Assembly (NCBI GenBank): GCA_005882275.1
Contig: VBAK01000137.1
Location: 5,363 to 69,362, forward strand
Length of the DNA: 64,000 bases
From: Candidatus Segetimicrobium genomatis
GTDB taxonomy: Bacteria > Sysuimicrobiota > Sysuimicrobiia > Sysuimicrobiales > Segetimicrobiaceae
Reading direction: 5' to 3'
Positions 47,186-57,104 of this stretch are shown one piece after another (the first letter of the stretch is position 1; every line of letters begins with the position of its first letter). A model generated the notes under the pieces. That model was not told where the DNA came from and did no database searches. It worked only from the letters and a program-made list of their open reading frames with translations. The translations under genes were made by a program, and so were the position numbers.

Positions 47186-48916
47186 GTGGCGGGGCGGGTT
47201 GAGGCGGGGCGGTACGAAACGTTTGACCAAGACGTTCTGGTGATCGGAGCGGGGGGCGCCGGCCTGCGCGCGGCGATCGCCGCGGCCGCCTCCGGGCTGT
47301 CGGTCACCCTGGTCTGCAAGTCGCTGCTCGGCAAGGCCCACACGGTCATGGCCGAAGGCGGCATCGCCGCCGCCCTGGGCAACGTCGACCCCAAGGACAA
47401 CTGGCAGGTCCACTTCGCGGACACCTCGCGCGGCGGGCAGATGATCAACGACTACCGGATGGTGGAGATCTTCGCGAAAGAGGCCCCCGACCGCGTCTAC
47501 GAACTGGAGCGCTGGGGCGGGCTGTTCGACCGGACCGACGATGGGAGGATTTTGCAGCGGCCCTTCGGCGCCCACACCTACCGGCGCCTCTGCCACGTCG
47601 GCGACCGCACCGGCCTCGAACTGATCCGTACGCTTCAGGACCGGGCGGTCCACAGCGGGATCACGGTGCACATGGAGGTCACGGTCACCCGCCTGCTCAA
47701 GGACGCGGAGCGGATCGCGGGGGCCGTCGGCTACCGGCGCGAGGACGGGCGGTTCCTGCTCTTCCGCGCGAAGGCCGTGGTCCTGGCCACCGGCGGCTGG
47801 GGCAAGGTGTACAAGGTCACCAGCAATTCGTGGGAGTGCACCGGGGATGGGTGCGCGATGGCCTACGAGGCCGGGGCCGAACTGATGGACATGGAGATGG
47901 TGCAGTTCCACCCCACCGGGATGGTCTGGCCGCCGGGAGTGCGCGGCATCCTGGTCACCGAAGCCGTCCGGGGCGAAGGGGGAATCCTCCGGAACGCCAA
48001 GGGCGAGCGGTTCATGGAGCGCTACGATCCCAAGAAGCTGGATCTCAGCAGCCGGGACGTGGTGTCCAGGTCGATCTACAAGGAAGTGCAGGCCGGGCGG
48101 GGGAGCCCGCACGGCGGCGCGTTCCTGGACATCACCCACCGCGGCGCCGAGTTCATCAAGAAGAAACTGCCCAGCATGTACGAGCAGTTCCGTTCTCTGG
48201 CGGACATCGACATCACGAAGTCCCCGATGGAGGTCGCGCCGACGGTCCACTACGTGATGGGGGGCGTCCGGGTGGAGGCCGGGACCGGGGCGAGCAGCGT
48301 GCCGGGGTTGTTTGCCGCGGGCGAGGTGGCGGCGGGGCTCCACGGCGCGAACCGGCTGGGAGGCAACTCGCTCTCGGATCTCCTGGTGTTCGGCCGCCGG
48401 GCCGGCGAGCACGCGGCGGCGTACGTCAAGGGGCTGAGGATGACGCCGCGGGTCGACGAGCGCCAGGCCGACGAGGAACGGGCATTGCTCCTCCGGCCGT
48501 TCGAAGGCGACGGGCGCGAGAGCCCCTTTGCGCTCCACGAGGAGCTCCAGGAGGTGATGGGCGCCTGCGCCGGGATCGCGCGCACCGGGGCCCAGCTGGC
48601 CGAGGGGCTCGCGAAGATCGAGGCGCTGCAGCAGCGCGCGGAGCGGCTGCGGGTGGCCGGGTCGCTGCTCTTCAACCCCGGCTGGCACGCCTGCCGCGAC
48701 GTGCACTTCATGCTGACCCTGTGCGAGGCAATCTTCAGATCGGCGATCGAGCGCAGGGAAAGCCGCGGGGCGCACTGGCGGTTGGACTTCCCCGATCCCG
48801 ATCCCTCCTGGGGAGCCAAGAACCTCGTGGTGTCCAGGGACGGCGAGGCCATGAGGGTGGCGACGCGTCCGGTGCCGCAGATGCCGGCGGAGCTCACCGC
48901 TCTGGTCAAGGCATAG
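47186..48916 (+). CDS. sdhA: Succinate dehydrogenase / fumarate reductase flavoprotein
   Basis: IGAGGAG, AHTVMAEGG (covalent FAD His), QFHPTG, EAVRGEG, HYVMGG, HGANRLGGNSL, RESRGAH. Confidence 0.95.
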   Translation: MAGRVEAGRYETFDQDVLVIGAGGAGLRAAIAAAASGLSVTLVCKSLLGKAHTVMAEGGIAAALGNVDPKDNWQVHFADTSRGGQMINDYRMVEIFAKEAPDRVYELERWGGLFDRTDDGRILQRPFGAHTYRRLCHVGDRTGLELIRTLQDRAVHSGITVHMEVTVTRLLKDAERIAGAVGYRREDGRFLLFRAKAVVLATGGWGKVYKVTSNSWECTGDGCAMAYEAGAELMDMEMVQFHPTGMVWPPGVRGILVTEAVRGEGGILRNAKGERFMERYDPKKLDLSSRDVVSRSIYKEVQAGRGSPHGGAFLDITHRGAEFIKKKLPSMYEQFRSLADIDITKSPMEVAPTVHYVMGGVRVEAGTGASSVPGLFAAGEVAAGLHGANRLGGNSLSDLLVFGRRAGEHAAAYVKGLRMTPRVDERQADEERALLLRPFEGDGRESPFALHEELQEVMGACAGIARTGAQLAEGLAKIEALQQRAERLRVAGSLLFNPGWHACRDVHFMLTLCEAIFRSAIERRESRGAHWRLDFPDPDPSWGAKNLVVSRDGEAMRVATRPVPQMPAELTALVKA

Positions 48917-48930
48917 CGCAGAGGGTGGTC

Positions 48931-49683
48931 ATGGCGGACGCGACATTTCAGGTGTTCCGGGGCGATGCCGAGGGCGGGCAGCTCGTCCCCTACCAGGTGC
49001 CCATCACGGAGGGCATGGTCGTCCTCGATGGGATCCACTATATCCAGGGACACCTGGACGGGACCCTGGCCTGCCGCTGGAACTGCAAGGCGGCGAAGTG
49101 CGGCTCGTGCAGCGCAGAGGTGAACGGCCGGCCGCGGCTGATGTGCAAGACCCGGGTCGACGAGTTCGCCGGACCGATCAGCGTGCGGCCGATCAAGGTG
49201 TTCCCCCTCATCAAGGATCTCGTGACGGACGTCTCCTGGAACTTCCGGATGAACGAGCAGATCCCGCCGTTCACGCCCGGCCCGGACGAGGCGCCGGGGC
49301 CGTGGCGGATGTACCGGGAGGACGTCGAGCGCCTCTTCGAGTTCCGGAAGTGCATCGAGTGCTTCCTCTGCCAGGACGTCTGCCACGTCCTGCGGGAGCA
49401 CGACGGGCTCGACCGGTACATGGGCCCGCGGTTCATGGTGCGGATCGCCGCCCTGGAGATGCATCCGAAAGATTCCCTCTCCCGCACCGACCTGCTGCGG
49501 GGCCGGGGCGGGATCGGATTCTGCAACATCACGAAGTGCTGCGAGGACGTCTGCCCCGAGCACATCCACATCACCGACAACGCGATCATCCCGCTCAAGG
49601 AGCGGATGGCGGACGACTATTTCGATCCCTGGCGGGCGCTGCTGAGAATGTTCGGCAGGAAGAAGGAGCCCCGGGGGACCTAG
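48931..49683 (+). CDS. sdhB: Succinate dehydrogenase iron-sulfur subunit
   Basis: CRWNCKAAKCGSC, CIECFLCQDVC, CNITKCCEDVCP. Confidence 0.95.
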   Translation: MADATFQVFRGDAEGGQLVPYQVPITEGMVVLDGIHYIQGHLDGTLACRWNCKAAKCGSCSAEVNGRPRLMCKTRVDEFAGPISVRPIKVFPLIKDLVTDVSWNFRMNEQIPPFTPGPDEAPGPWRMYREDVERLFEFRKCIECFLCQDVCHVLREHDGLDRYMGPRFMVRIAALEMHPKDSLSRTDLLRGRGGIGFCNITKCCEDVCPEHIHITDNAIIPLKERMADDYFDPWRALLRMFGRKKEPRGT

Positions 49684-49686
49684 ACC

Positions 49687-50931
49687 ATGGCGACGCCGAA
49701 AACACTGACCCCGCCCAAGGAGGGCGAGCGGATCGAGGCCCGCGGCGGCCGGCTCGCCGTGCCCGACACCCCGATCATCCCCTACATCGAAGGCGACGGC
49801 ACCGGTCCCGACATCTGGCGGGCCACCGTGCGCGTCCTGGACGCGGCCGTCCGGAAGGCCTACGGCTCGAAGCGGCGGATCGTCTGGTTCGAGGTGTTCG
49901 CGGGAGAGAAGGCCCACGCCCGCTTCGGCACCTGGCTTCCGGAGGAGACACTGCAGGCGTTCGAGCACTACGTCGTCGGGATCAAAGGGCCGCTGACGAC
50001 GCCGGTCGGCGGCGGATTTCGGAGCCTCAACGTGTCGCTGCGCCAGCAGCTCGACCTGTACGCTTGCGTCCGCCCGGTCCGCTACTTCGAGGGGGTCCCC
50101 AGCCCCGTGTGTCACCCGGAGCAGGTGGACGTCGTGGTCTTTCGCGAGAACACGGAGGACATCTACGTCGGCTACGAGTGTGCGAGCGGGTCGCCGGAGG
50201 CGAAGCGGTTGATCGAGTTCGTGGGACGGGAGTTCAAGTGGAAGATCCGCGAGGATGCCGGGGTCGGCCTCAAGCCGATGAGCCCGTTCGGCACCAAGCG
50301 GCTGGTCCGCAAGGCCATCCGGTTCGCGATCGACCACGGCCGCCGCAGCGTCACCCTCGTCCACAAGGGCAACATCATGAAGTACACGGAGGGCGCCTTC
50401 GCCCAGTGGGGCTACGAGGTGGCGCGCGAGGAGTTCGCCGCGGAGACGATCCCCTGGGCCGATGTGGAGAAGCACCACCGCGGTGTGGTCCCGCCCGGGA
50501 AGATCCTGATCCAGGATTACATCGCCGACGTGACGTTCCAGCATGTGCTCACCCGGCCCCGCTCCTTCGACGTCATCGCCACGGGCAACCTGAACGGGGA
50601 CTACCTCTCCGACGCGATCGCCGCCCAGGTCGGGGGAATCGGCATGGCCCCCGGGGGGAACATCAGCGACGTCCACGCGGTGTTCGAGGCGACGCACGGC
50701 ACCGCGCCCAAGTACGCCAACCAGGACAAGGTGAACCCGGGGTCGCTGATCCTGTCGGGCGTGATGATGCTCGAGCACCTCGGGTGGCGGGAGGCGGCCG
50801 GCCTGGTCATCCGCGGGATGGAAGCGACGTTCCGGAAGAAGATCGTGACCTACGATCTGGCGCGCCTCATGGAAGGCGCCCGCGAGGCGCGCACAAGCGA
50901 GTTTGCCTCGGCCGTCGTCGACAATATGTAA
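49687..50931 (+). CDS. icd: Isocitrate dehydrogenase (NADP, homodimeric)
   Basis: [47 protein letters not shown]. Confidence 0.97.
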   Translation: MATPKTLTPPKEGERIEARGGRLAVPDTPIIPYIEGDGTGPDIWRATVRVLDAAVRKAYGSKRRIVWFEVFAGEKAHARFGTWLPEETLQAFEHYVVGIKGPLTTPVGGGFRSLNVSLRQQLDLYACVRPVRYFEGVPSPVCHPEQVDVVVFRENTEDIYVGYECASGSPEAKRLIEFVGREFKWKIREDAGVGLKPMSPFGTKRLVRKAIRFAIDHGRRSVTLVHKGNIMKYTEGAFAQWGYEVAREEFAAETIPWADVEKHHRGVVPPGKILIQDYIADVTFQHVLTRPRSFDVIATGNLNGDYLSDAIAAQVGGIGMAPGGNISDVHAVFEATHGTAPKYANQDKVNPGSLILSGVMMLEHLGWREAAGLVIRGMEATFRKKIVTYDLARLMEGAREARTSEFASAVVDNM

Positions 50932-50983
50932 GGCCGATCGAAGCGTGGAGTGGAGCCAAGGTAACGTCCTGGAGGGCTGCCGG

Positions 50984-51922
50984 GTGGGGAGAACGCGCGC
51001 GAAGGTGACGATCGTGGGAGCCGGGAACGTCGGCCACTCGGCGGCCCAATGGATGCTCTCGCACCGGCTCGCCGACGTGGTGCTGGTCGACGTCATCGAA
51101 GGCATGCCGCAGGGCAAGGCGCTGGACCTGCTCGAGGCCGAGCCGATCGAGGGGGTCGACGTCCGGATCACCGGGACCAACGGGTACGACGAGACCGAGC
51201 AGTCGGACATCGTCGTGATCGTGGCCGGGATCGCCCGGAAGCCGGGGATGAGCCGGGAAGATCTCCTCGCGACCAACGCCGGCATCGTGCGGGGCGTCAC
51301 CGAACAGGTGACGAAGCGGTCGCCCAACGCGCACCTGATCGTGGTCACCAATCCCCTGGACGTCATGGTGTACCTGGTCCACAAGATCAGCCGCTTTCCC
51401 CCCGAGCGGGTGATGGGCCAGAGCGGCGCGCTCGACAGCACCCGGTTTCGGACCTTCATCGCCCAGACGCTCGGCGTCTCGGTCCAGGACGTCTCCGCGA
51501 TGGTGATCGGGGCGCACAGCGACACGCACATGGTCCCGCTGGCGAGCCTCGCCACGGTGGGAGGGATCCCGCTCCGCCGGTTGCTGTCCCCGGATCGGAT
51601 CGCCGCCCTGGTCGACCGCACCCGCAAGGGCGGCGCGGAGATCGTGAGCCTCCTCAAGACCGGCAGCGCCTTCTTCGCTCCGGGCGCCGCCATCGCGCAG
51701 ATGGTGGAGGCGATCCTGCTGGACCGCAAGCGCGTCCTGCCGCTCTCCGCCTATCTGTCCGGCCAGTACGGCGTGCGCGATCTCTACGTGGGCGTCCCGG
51801 CGGTGCTCGGCGCGGGAGGGGTGGAGCGGATCCTCGACGCGCCCATGGACGACGGCGAGCGCAAGGCGTTCGACGCGGCCGTCGCGAGCATCCGCGAGAA
51901 CGTCGCGCTCCTCAAACTCTAG
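50984..51922 (+). CDS. mdh: Malate dehydrogenase (LDH-like)
   Basis: IVGAGNVG, GKALD, ARKPGMSREDL, VTNPLD, LDSTRF, GGAEIV; GTG 50984 after GGAGG. Confidence 0.95.
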   Translation: MGRTRAKVTIVGAGNVGHSAAQWMLSHRLADVVLVDVIEGMPQGKALDLLEAEPIEGVDVRITGTNGYDETEQSDIVVIVAGIARKPGMSREDLLATNAGIVRGVTEQVTKRSPNAHLIVVTNPLDVMVYLVHKISRFPPERVMGQSGALDSTRFRTFIAQTLGVSVQDVSAMVIGAHSDTHMVPLASLATVGGIPLRRLLSPDRIAALVDRTRKGGAEIVSLLKTGSAFFAPGAAIAQMVEAILLDRKRVLPLSAYLSGQYGVRDLYVGVPAVLGAGGVERILDAPMDDGERKAFDAAVASIRENVALLKL

Positions 51923-51933
51923 ATCGCGGGCTC

Positions 51934-53049
51934 ATGAAGCTGCACGAGTTCCAGGCCAAGGAGGTCTTCGCCAGGTACGGGCTCCCCGTGCAGCAGGGGG
52001 CCGTCATCGAACGGCCCGCGCAGATGGCGGGGCTGACCCTCCGCTACCCGGTCGTCGTCAAGGCCCAGGTGCTCGTGGGCGGCCGCGGGAAGGCCGGCGG
52101 CATCAAACTGGCCGCGACCCCGGCCGAGGCGGAATCCTCCGCCCGGGCGATCCTGGGCATGACCATCAAAGGGGAGCGGGTGGAGCGGGTGCTGGTCGTC
52201 CCGGCCGCGGACATCGGCGCCGAGTACTACCTCGCCTTCGTGACCGACCGTGCCAGACGGCGCGCGGTCGCCGTGGCCTCCGCGGCCGGCGGGGTCGAGA
52301 TCGAGGCCGTCGCCAGGACGGCCCCCGAGAAGATCGTCACGGTGCCCATCGACCCGTGTCTCGGGTGCCCGCCGTTCCAGGCCCGCGCCATCGGCCGGCG
52401 GCTGGGGTTCGCCGGCCCGCTCCTCGACGCGTTCGCCGGGATCGCCGGCAACCTGTACCGGCTCTACTGGACCGAGGATGCCGACCTCGCGGAGATCAAC
52501 CCGCTGGCCGTCGTCGGGTCGACCCTGCTCTGCGTCGACGCCAAGCTCGTCCTCGACGACAACGCGGCGTTCCGGCACACGGACCGTCCCCCCTCGGAGG
52601 AACTGACGGCGCTCGAGCGCGAGGCCCGGTCCCACGGGCTGTCCTACGTGGAACTGGACGGGGACATCGCCGTCATCGGCAACGGGGCGGGCCTGGTCAT
52701 GAGCACGCTGGACCTCCTGGCGCACTTCGGCGGGCGGGCGGCCAACTTCCTGGACATCGGGGGCGGCGCGACGGCGGACGGGATGCGGGCCGCCCTGGAC
52801 ATCGTCCAGCGAAAGTCCGGGATCCGGGCGATCTTCATCAACATCTTCGGCGGCATCACGCGGTGCGACGAGGTTGCCCGGGGGATCGTCCAGGATCCCC
52901 CGCGGGTCCCCGCCAGCATCCGCCTGACCGGCACGAACGAGGAGGAAGGGCAGCGCATCCTCCGCGGGGCCGGCATTTCGGCGACATTGGATCCCGACCA
53001 GGCGGCCCAAGACGCCGTCGCGCTCGCCCGCGCGGCCCCGCGTCCATAG
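51934..53049 (+). CDS. sucC: Succinyl-CoA synthetase beta subunit
   Basis: MKLHEFQAK, KAQVLVGGRGKAGG, EINPL, GNGAGL, NFLDIGGG, NIFGGITRCD. Confidence 0.96.
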   Translation: MKLHEFQAKEVFARYGLPVQQGAVIERPAQMAGLTLRYPVVVKAQVLVGGRGKAGGIKLAATPAEAESSARAILGMTIKGERVERVLVVPAADIGAEYYLAFVTDRARRRAVAVASAAGGVEIEAVARTAPEKIVTVPIDPCLGCPPFQARAIGRRLGFAGPLLDAFAGIAGNLYRLYWTEDADLAEINPLAVVGSTLLCVDAKLVLDDNAAFRHTDRPPSEELTALEREARSHGLSYVELDGDIAVIGNGAGLVMSTLDLLAHFGGRAANFLDIGGGATADGMRAALDIVQRKSGIRAIFINIFGGITRCDEVARGIVQDPPRVPASIRLTGTNEEEGQRILRGAGISATLDPDQAAQDAVALARAAPRP

Positions 53050-53051
53050 CG

Positions 53052-53951
53052 ATGGCCATCATCGTGGGACGCGACACCCGCCTCCTGGTGCAGGGCATCA
53101 CCGGCTACCAGGGGGCGTTTCACACCGGGCTGATGCTCCAGGCGGGCACCCGGGTCGTCGCCGGCGTCACGCCCGGCAAAGGCGGGGCGAAGGTCCACGA
53201 TGTCCCGGTCTTCGAGACCGTGGACGAAGCCATCCGCGCGACCGGCGCCGGGGCCAGCGTGATCTTCGTGCCGGCGCGGCTCGCCCGCGACGCGGCGCTG
53301 GAGGCGATCTCGAGCCGGCTCAATCCCGTCGTCATCATCACGGAGGGCATGCCGGTCCACGATGCGATCGAGGTCGTGACCTACGCCGCGCAGCAGGGCG
53401 TCCGCGTGCTCGGTCCCAACGGCCCGGGCGTGACGACGCCGGGGGAGTGCCGGGTGGGGATCATGCCCACGCACCTGTTCAGCCGCGGTCACGTGGGGAT
53501 CGTCTCCCGCAGCGGCACCCTCACCTACGAGATCGTGGCGGGGCTTACCCGCGCGGGGCTCGGGCAATCGACGGCCGTGGGGCTGGGCGGTGATCCCGTG
53601 GTGGGGTTGAGTTTCGTGGACGTGCTCCAGCTCTTCAACGCCGACCCGGACACCCACGCCATCGTCCTGATCGGCGAGATCGGCGGCGCGGGCGAGGAAG
53701 AGGCGGCGCGCTACATCGGCGAATCCGTCAAGAAACCGGTCGCCGCCTACATCGCCGGGCGGACCGCGCCGGAAGGCAAGCGGATGGGGCATGCCGGGGC
53801 GGTGATCTCCGGCACCGAGGGGACCGCCGAGCACAAGATCCAGGCCCTCGAGGCCGCCGGAGCGGCGGTCGCCAGGCTGGTGAGCGGGATCCCCGCGCTG
53901 CTCACCGCGCGCCTGGGAGCCGGGGAGCGGACGCGCCGGTCCTCCCGCTGA
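53052..53951 (+). CDS. sucD: Succinyl-CoA synthetase alpha subunit
   Basis: [40 protein letters not shown]. Confidence 0.96.
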   Translation: MAIIVGRDTRLLVQGITGYQGAFHTGLMLQAGTRVVAGVTPGKGGAKVHDVPVFETVDEAIRATGAGASVIFVPARLARDAALEAISSRLNPVVIITEGMPVHDAIEVVTYAAQQGVRVLGPNGPGVTTPGECRVGIMPTHLFSRGHVGIVSRSGTLTYEIVAGLTRAGLGQSTAVGLGGDPVVGLSFVDVLQLFNADPDTHAIVLIGEIGGAGEEEAARYIGESVKKPVAAYIAGRTAPEGKRMGHAGAVISGTEGTAEHKIQALEAAGAAVARLVSGIPALLTARLGAGERTRRSSR

Positions 53952-54059
53952 TCGCTCCGCGCCCGATTCCCGCCGCCGGCCCACCGGATCGATCTGTCGT
54001 CACGCGCCTGCTCCCTATGCCCGGCCGCCGGGACCTGCTATAATTTCGAAGATAGACCG

Positions 54060-54398
54060 ATGGGATTTGTGATCCGGTGGTTCATCAATGCCGTCGCCCT
54101 CTACGTGACCACCTTGATCGTTCCCGGGGTCAAAGTTCCGGATTTCGGCGCGCTCCTTGTGGCCGCGCTCGCCCTGGGCATCGTGAACGCGGTGATCCGG
54201 CCGGTGGTCCTCCTCTTCACCCTTCCGCTGAACATCATGACGCTCGGCGCGTTCACGTTGGTCGTGAACGCGGGGATGCTCTCCCTGGTGGCCGGCGTGA
54301 CGCACCGCCTGCGCCTCGAGAGCTTCTGGTGGGCGCTGCTCGGAGCGATCGTGCTCAGCGTCGTCAGCGCCGTCATCAGCCGCCAGGTGGAAGACTGA
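54060..54398 (+). CDS. YvlD-like phage-holin family membrane protein
   Basis: LGIVNAVIRPVVLLFTLPLNIMTLGAF pattern, four TM; TGCTATAAT at 54036-54044. Confidence 0.88.
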   Translation: MGFVIRWFINAVALYVTTLIVPGVKVPDFGALLVAALALGIVNAVIRPVVLLFTLPLNIMTLGAFTLVVNAGMLSLVAGVTHRLRLESFWWALLGAIVLSVVSAVISRQVED

Positions 54399-55303
54399 TG
54401 GTCCGCCGGCAGCCTGTCGCGGGCGCGCGCGCCGATCCCGTCGACGAAGAAATGGAGTTTCTCATCATCACCGGCCTCAGCGGCGCCGGGAAATCGCTCG
54501 CCATCCAGTCCCTGGAAGACCTGGGGTTCTTCTGCGTCGACAACCTGCCCCCCGCGCTCATCCCCAAGTTCGCGGAGATCATCAAGGAGTCCCAGGGGCG
54601 CATCCGGCGGGTGGCGCTCGTCATCGACATCCGGGGCGGCGAGTTCTTCGACGCGCTGGGGGCGGCGCTGGCCAACCTGGACGCCAGCGGGATCCGGTTC
54701 CAAATCCTCTTCCTGGACGCCTCCGATGAGATCCTGGTGCGGCGCTTCGAAGAGACGCGGCGCAAACATCCGCTCGGCGGGAGCGTGCTCGACGGCATCC
54801 GCGAGGAGCGCCGGCGCCTGCAGCCGCTCAAAGAGCGGGCGAGCCGGATCATGGACACCAGCACGCTGACGGCGCGGGAGTTCAAGCAGGAGCTCGCCGA
54901 TGCGTTCCTGCGCCCGGACGGCCGCCGCGCGCTCACCGTCGACGTCATGTCCTTCGGCTACAAGTACGGTATCCCGCTGGACGCCGATCTGGTCTTCGAT
55001 GTGCGCTTCCTGCCCAACCCCTATTACGTGGAGGCGCTGCGCGCCCTGCCCGGGAGCAGCCCCCAGGTTCGCGAATTCGTCCTGCGCGCGGAGCAGACCG
55101 TGGAGTTCCAGCGGAAGCTGCACGACATGCTGTCCTTCCTCCTGCCCCAGTTTACGGCGGAGGGAAAGACCCACCTCACGATCGCGATCGGGTGCACAGG
55201 CGGCAAGCACCGCTCGGTGGTGGTCGCCGAGGATCTCGCCCGCTACCTGGGCGCGAGCGGGTACACCGCGCGCGTCAAACACCGGGATGTGAAGAAAGAA
55301 TGA
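54398..55303 (+). CDS. rapZ: RNase adaptor / P-loop protein RapZ (YvcJ)
   Basis: IITGLSGAGKS, CVDNLP, SFGYKYG, DVRFLPNP, GCTGGKHRS. Confidence 0.96.
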   Translation: MVRRQPVAGARADPVDEEMEFLIITGLSGAGKSLAIQSLEDLGFFCVDNLPPALIPKFAEIIKESQGRIRRVALVIDIRGGEFFDALGAALANLDASGIRFQILFLDASDEILVRRFEETRRKHPLGGSVLDGIREERRRLQPLKERASRIMDTSTLTAREFKQELADAFLRPDGRRALTVDVMSFGYKYGIPLDADLVFDVRFLPNPYYVEALRALPGSSPQVREFVLRAEQTVEFQRKLHDMLSFLLPQFTAEGKTHLTIAIGCTGGKHRSVVVAEDLARYLGASGYTARVKHRDVKKE

Positions 55304-56664
55304 GCCTGAACGGGAGGCGCAACGGGCAGCTGCTCGATCGGTTCCGGCTGTGGCTGCGCTGGCTTGAGCCCGGGCTCGGCGTGAAGCGCTGGATCGCGCT
55401 GATGGGGGGCGGGATCTTCCTCGTCAGCGTGGGGGCCGTGCTCATCGTCAACTTCAAGCTGCTCGATGTCCTCGGCGTCGCGGTCGTCCGCGCGATCGAC
55501 ATGGTCTATATCGTCACCGGCCACGTCATCTCGCCGATCTTCATCGGGATCGTCCTGCTCCTCCTCGGCACCGGCGTCATCGTCTACGGGATGCGCGAGA
55601 CCATCGGCGCCATCGTGGACGTCTTTCTCCCGCGGGGGGATCCGCGGCTGGTGGAGATGATCCTCAAGCAGCGCCAGCTCCAGCGCGGGCCGCGGATTGT
55701 CGTCCTCGGCGGGGGCACGGGCCTCAGCACCCTGCTGCGCGGCCTGAAGAAAGTCTCGACGAACCTCACGGCCGTAGTGACCGTGTTCGACGACGGCGGA
55801 TCCTCCGGACGGCTGCGGCGGGAGCAGGGGATCCTGCCGCCCGGCGATATCCGCAACTGCCTCGTCGCGCTCGCCGAAGCCGAGCCCCTCCTGACGAAGC
55901 TGTTCACGCACCGGTTCAAGGGCGGCGATCTGGACGGGCACAGCTTCGGCAACCTGTTCATCGCCAGCATGTCGCAGGTGACCGGGGATCTGGAGACCGC
56001 GGTCAAGGAGTGCAGCAAGGTGCTGGCGATCCGCGGCCGGGTGCTGCCCACGACGCTTCGGGACGTCGTCCTCTGCGCCGAGATGGCCGACGGCGCCGTC
56101 GTGGAGGGGGAGTCGGCGATCACCCGAGCGGGCGGCGCGATCCGCCGGGTGTTCTTGACGCCGGCCCGGGTGCCGGCGCTGCAGGACGTCCTGGAAGCGA
56201 TCGCCGAGGCGGATCTCATCGTCCTCGGGCCTGGGAGCCTGTACACCAGCGTGCTGCCCAACCTCCTCGTCGACGGGGTCGTGGAGGCCCTGCGCCGGTC
56301 CCCGGCGCTCAAGGTCTACGTCTGCAACGTGATGACGCAGCAGGGAGAGACGCGGGGGTTCCGCGCCTCCGACCACGTCCGGGTGCTGCTGGAGCAGGGG
56401 GGCAAGGGGCTGTTCGACTACGTCCTGGTCAATACCCGGCGGCCCCGCAACCAGGCCCTGCTGGCGCGGTACAGCCAGGAAGGCGCCGAGCCGGTCGAGC
56501 CCGACGTCGAGGCGATCCGCGCGCTGGGCCCGCGTCCGGTGTCCGAAGACCTGATCAGCGAAGAGGAGCTCGTCCGCCACGACCCGCGCAAGATCACCGC
56601 GGCGCTGCTGCAGCTGGTCGCCTCGGTGTCACCCGAGGCGCGCCGGGTCGGGGTCCCCCTGTAG
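55300..56664 (+). CDS. yvcK: YvcK/GlmR-family protein with an N-terminal membrane extension
   Basis: PGLGVKRW plus two TM, GGGTGLS.LLRGLK, DDGGSSGRLR, PPGDIRNC, GPGSLYTS. Confidence 0.94.
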   Translation: MSLNGRRNGQLLDRFRLWLRWLEPGLGVKRWIALMGGGIFLVSVGAVLIVNFKLLDVLGVAVVRAIDMVYIVTGHVISPIFIGIVLLLLGTGVIVYGMRETIGAIVDVFLPRGDPRLVEMILKQRQLQRGPRIVVLGGGTGLSTLLRGLKKVSTNLTAVVTVFDDGGSSGRLRREQGILPPGDIRNCLVALAEAEPLLTKLFTHRFKGGDLDGHSFGNLFIASMSQVTGDLETAVKECSKVLAIRGRVLPTTLRDVVLCAEMADGAVVEGESAITRAGGAIRRVFLTPARVPALQDVLEAIAEADLIVLGPGSLYTSVLPNLLVDGVVEALRRSPALKVYVCNVMTQQGETRGFRASDHVRVLLEQGGKGLFDYVLVNTRRPRNQALLARYSQEGAEPVEPDVEAIRALGPRPVSEDLISEEELVRHDPRKITAALLQLVASVSPEARRVGVPL

Positions 56665-56669
56665 GAAAC

Positions 56670-56699
56670 TTGACACGCTCCGGCAAAGAGTACTACCCT
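56670..56699 (+). promoter_or_regulatory. Candidate promoter of the nuo membrane-arm operon
   Basis: TTGACA(56670-56675)-N18-TACCCT. Confidence 0.5.
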
Positions 56700-56733
56700 G
56701 CGCGGGGGACGGCACGCCTGCGGGGTGGACGGG

Positions 56734-57090
56734 ATGCTGCTCGACTGGGGCTACGTCGCAATCTTCGCCATCGTCGGCACCCTGCTCGCGGCGATGCCGC
56801 TCTTCGTGATCTGGCTGATCAGCCCCCGCAGCGACTACCCGCAGAAATTTGAGACGTACGAATCCGGGGTCCCTGCCATCGGGCAGGCCTGGGCGCAGTT
56901 CAACGTCCGGTATTACCTCTTCTCGCTGGTCTTCGTGGTCTTCGACGTCGAGATCATCTACCTCTACCCGTGGGCGGTCGTCTACCGCAAGGCGGGAGCC
57001 GTCGCGTTCTACGATATGCTGGTCTTCCTCGCGATCCTGACCCTCGGCCTCGTCTACGCCTGGCGCAAGGGCGCGCTCGAGTGGGTCTAG
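56734..57090 (+). CDS. nuoA: NADH-quinone oxidoreductase subunit A
   Basis: K.ETYESG, FNVRYY, FVVFDVE, YPWA, YAWRKGALEW. Confidence 0.95.
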   Translation: MLLDWGYVAIFAIVGTLLAAMPLFVIWLISPRSDYPQKFETYESGVPAIGQAWAQFNVRYYLFSLVFVVFDVEIIYLYPWAVVYRKAGAVAFYDMLVFLAILTLGLVYAWRKGALEWV

Positions 57091-57104
57091 CGGAGGCGGC
57101 GGCG

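Noticed and set aside
48250-51729. 1159-aa minus-strand ORF and many other long overlapping ORFs (e.g. 38026-40368, 1386-3176, 27430-29112)
   Set aside because: Antisense or off-frame shadows of well-supported genes; stop codons are scarce at this GC content and the translations show no family motifs.
54060-54398. Prophage inferred from the phage-holin family gene
   Set aside because: YvlD-like genes are common chromosomal genes, and no phage genes are nearby.
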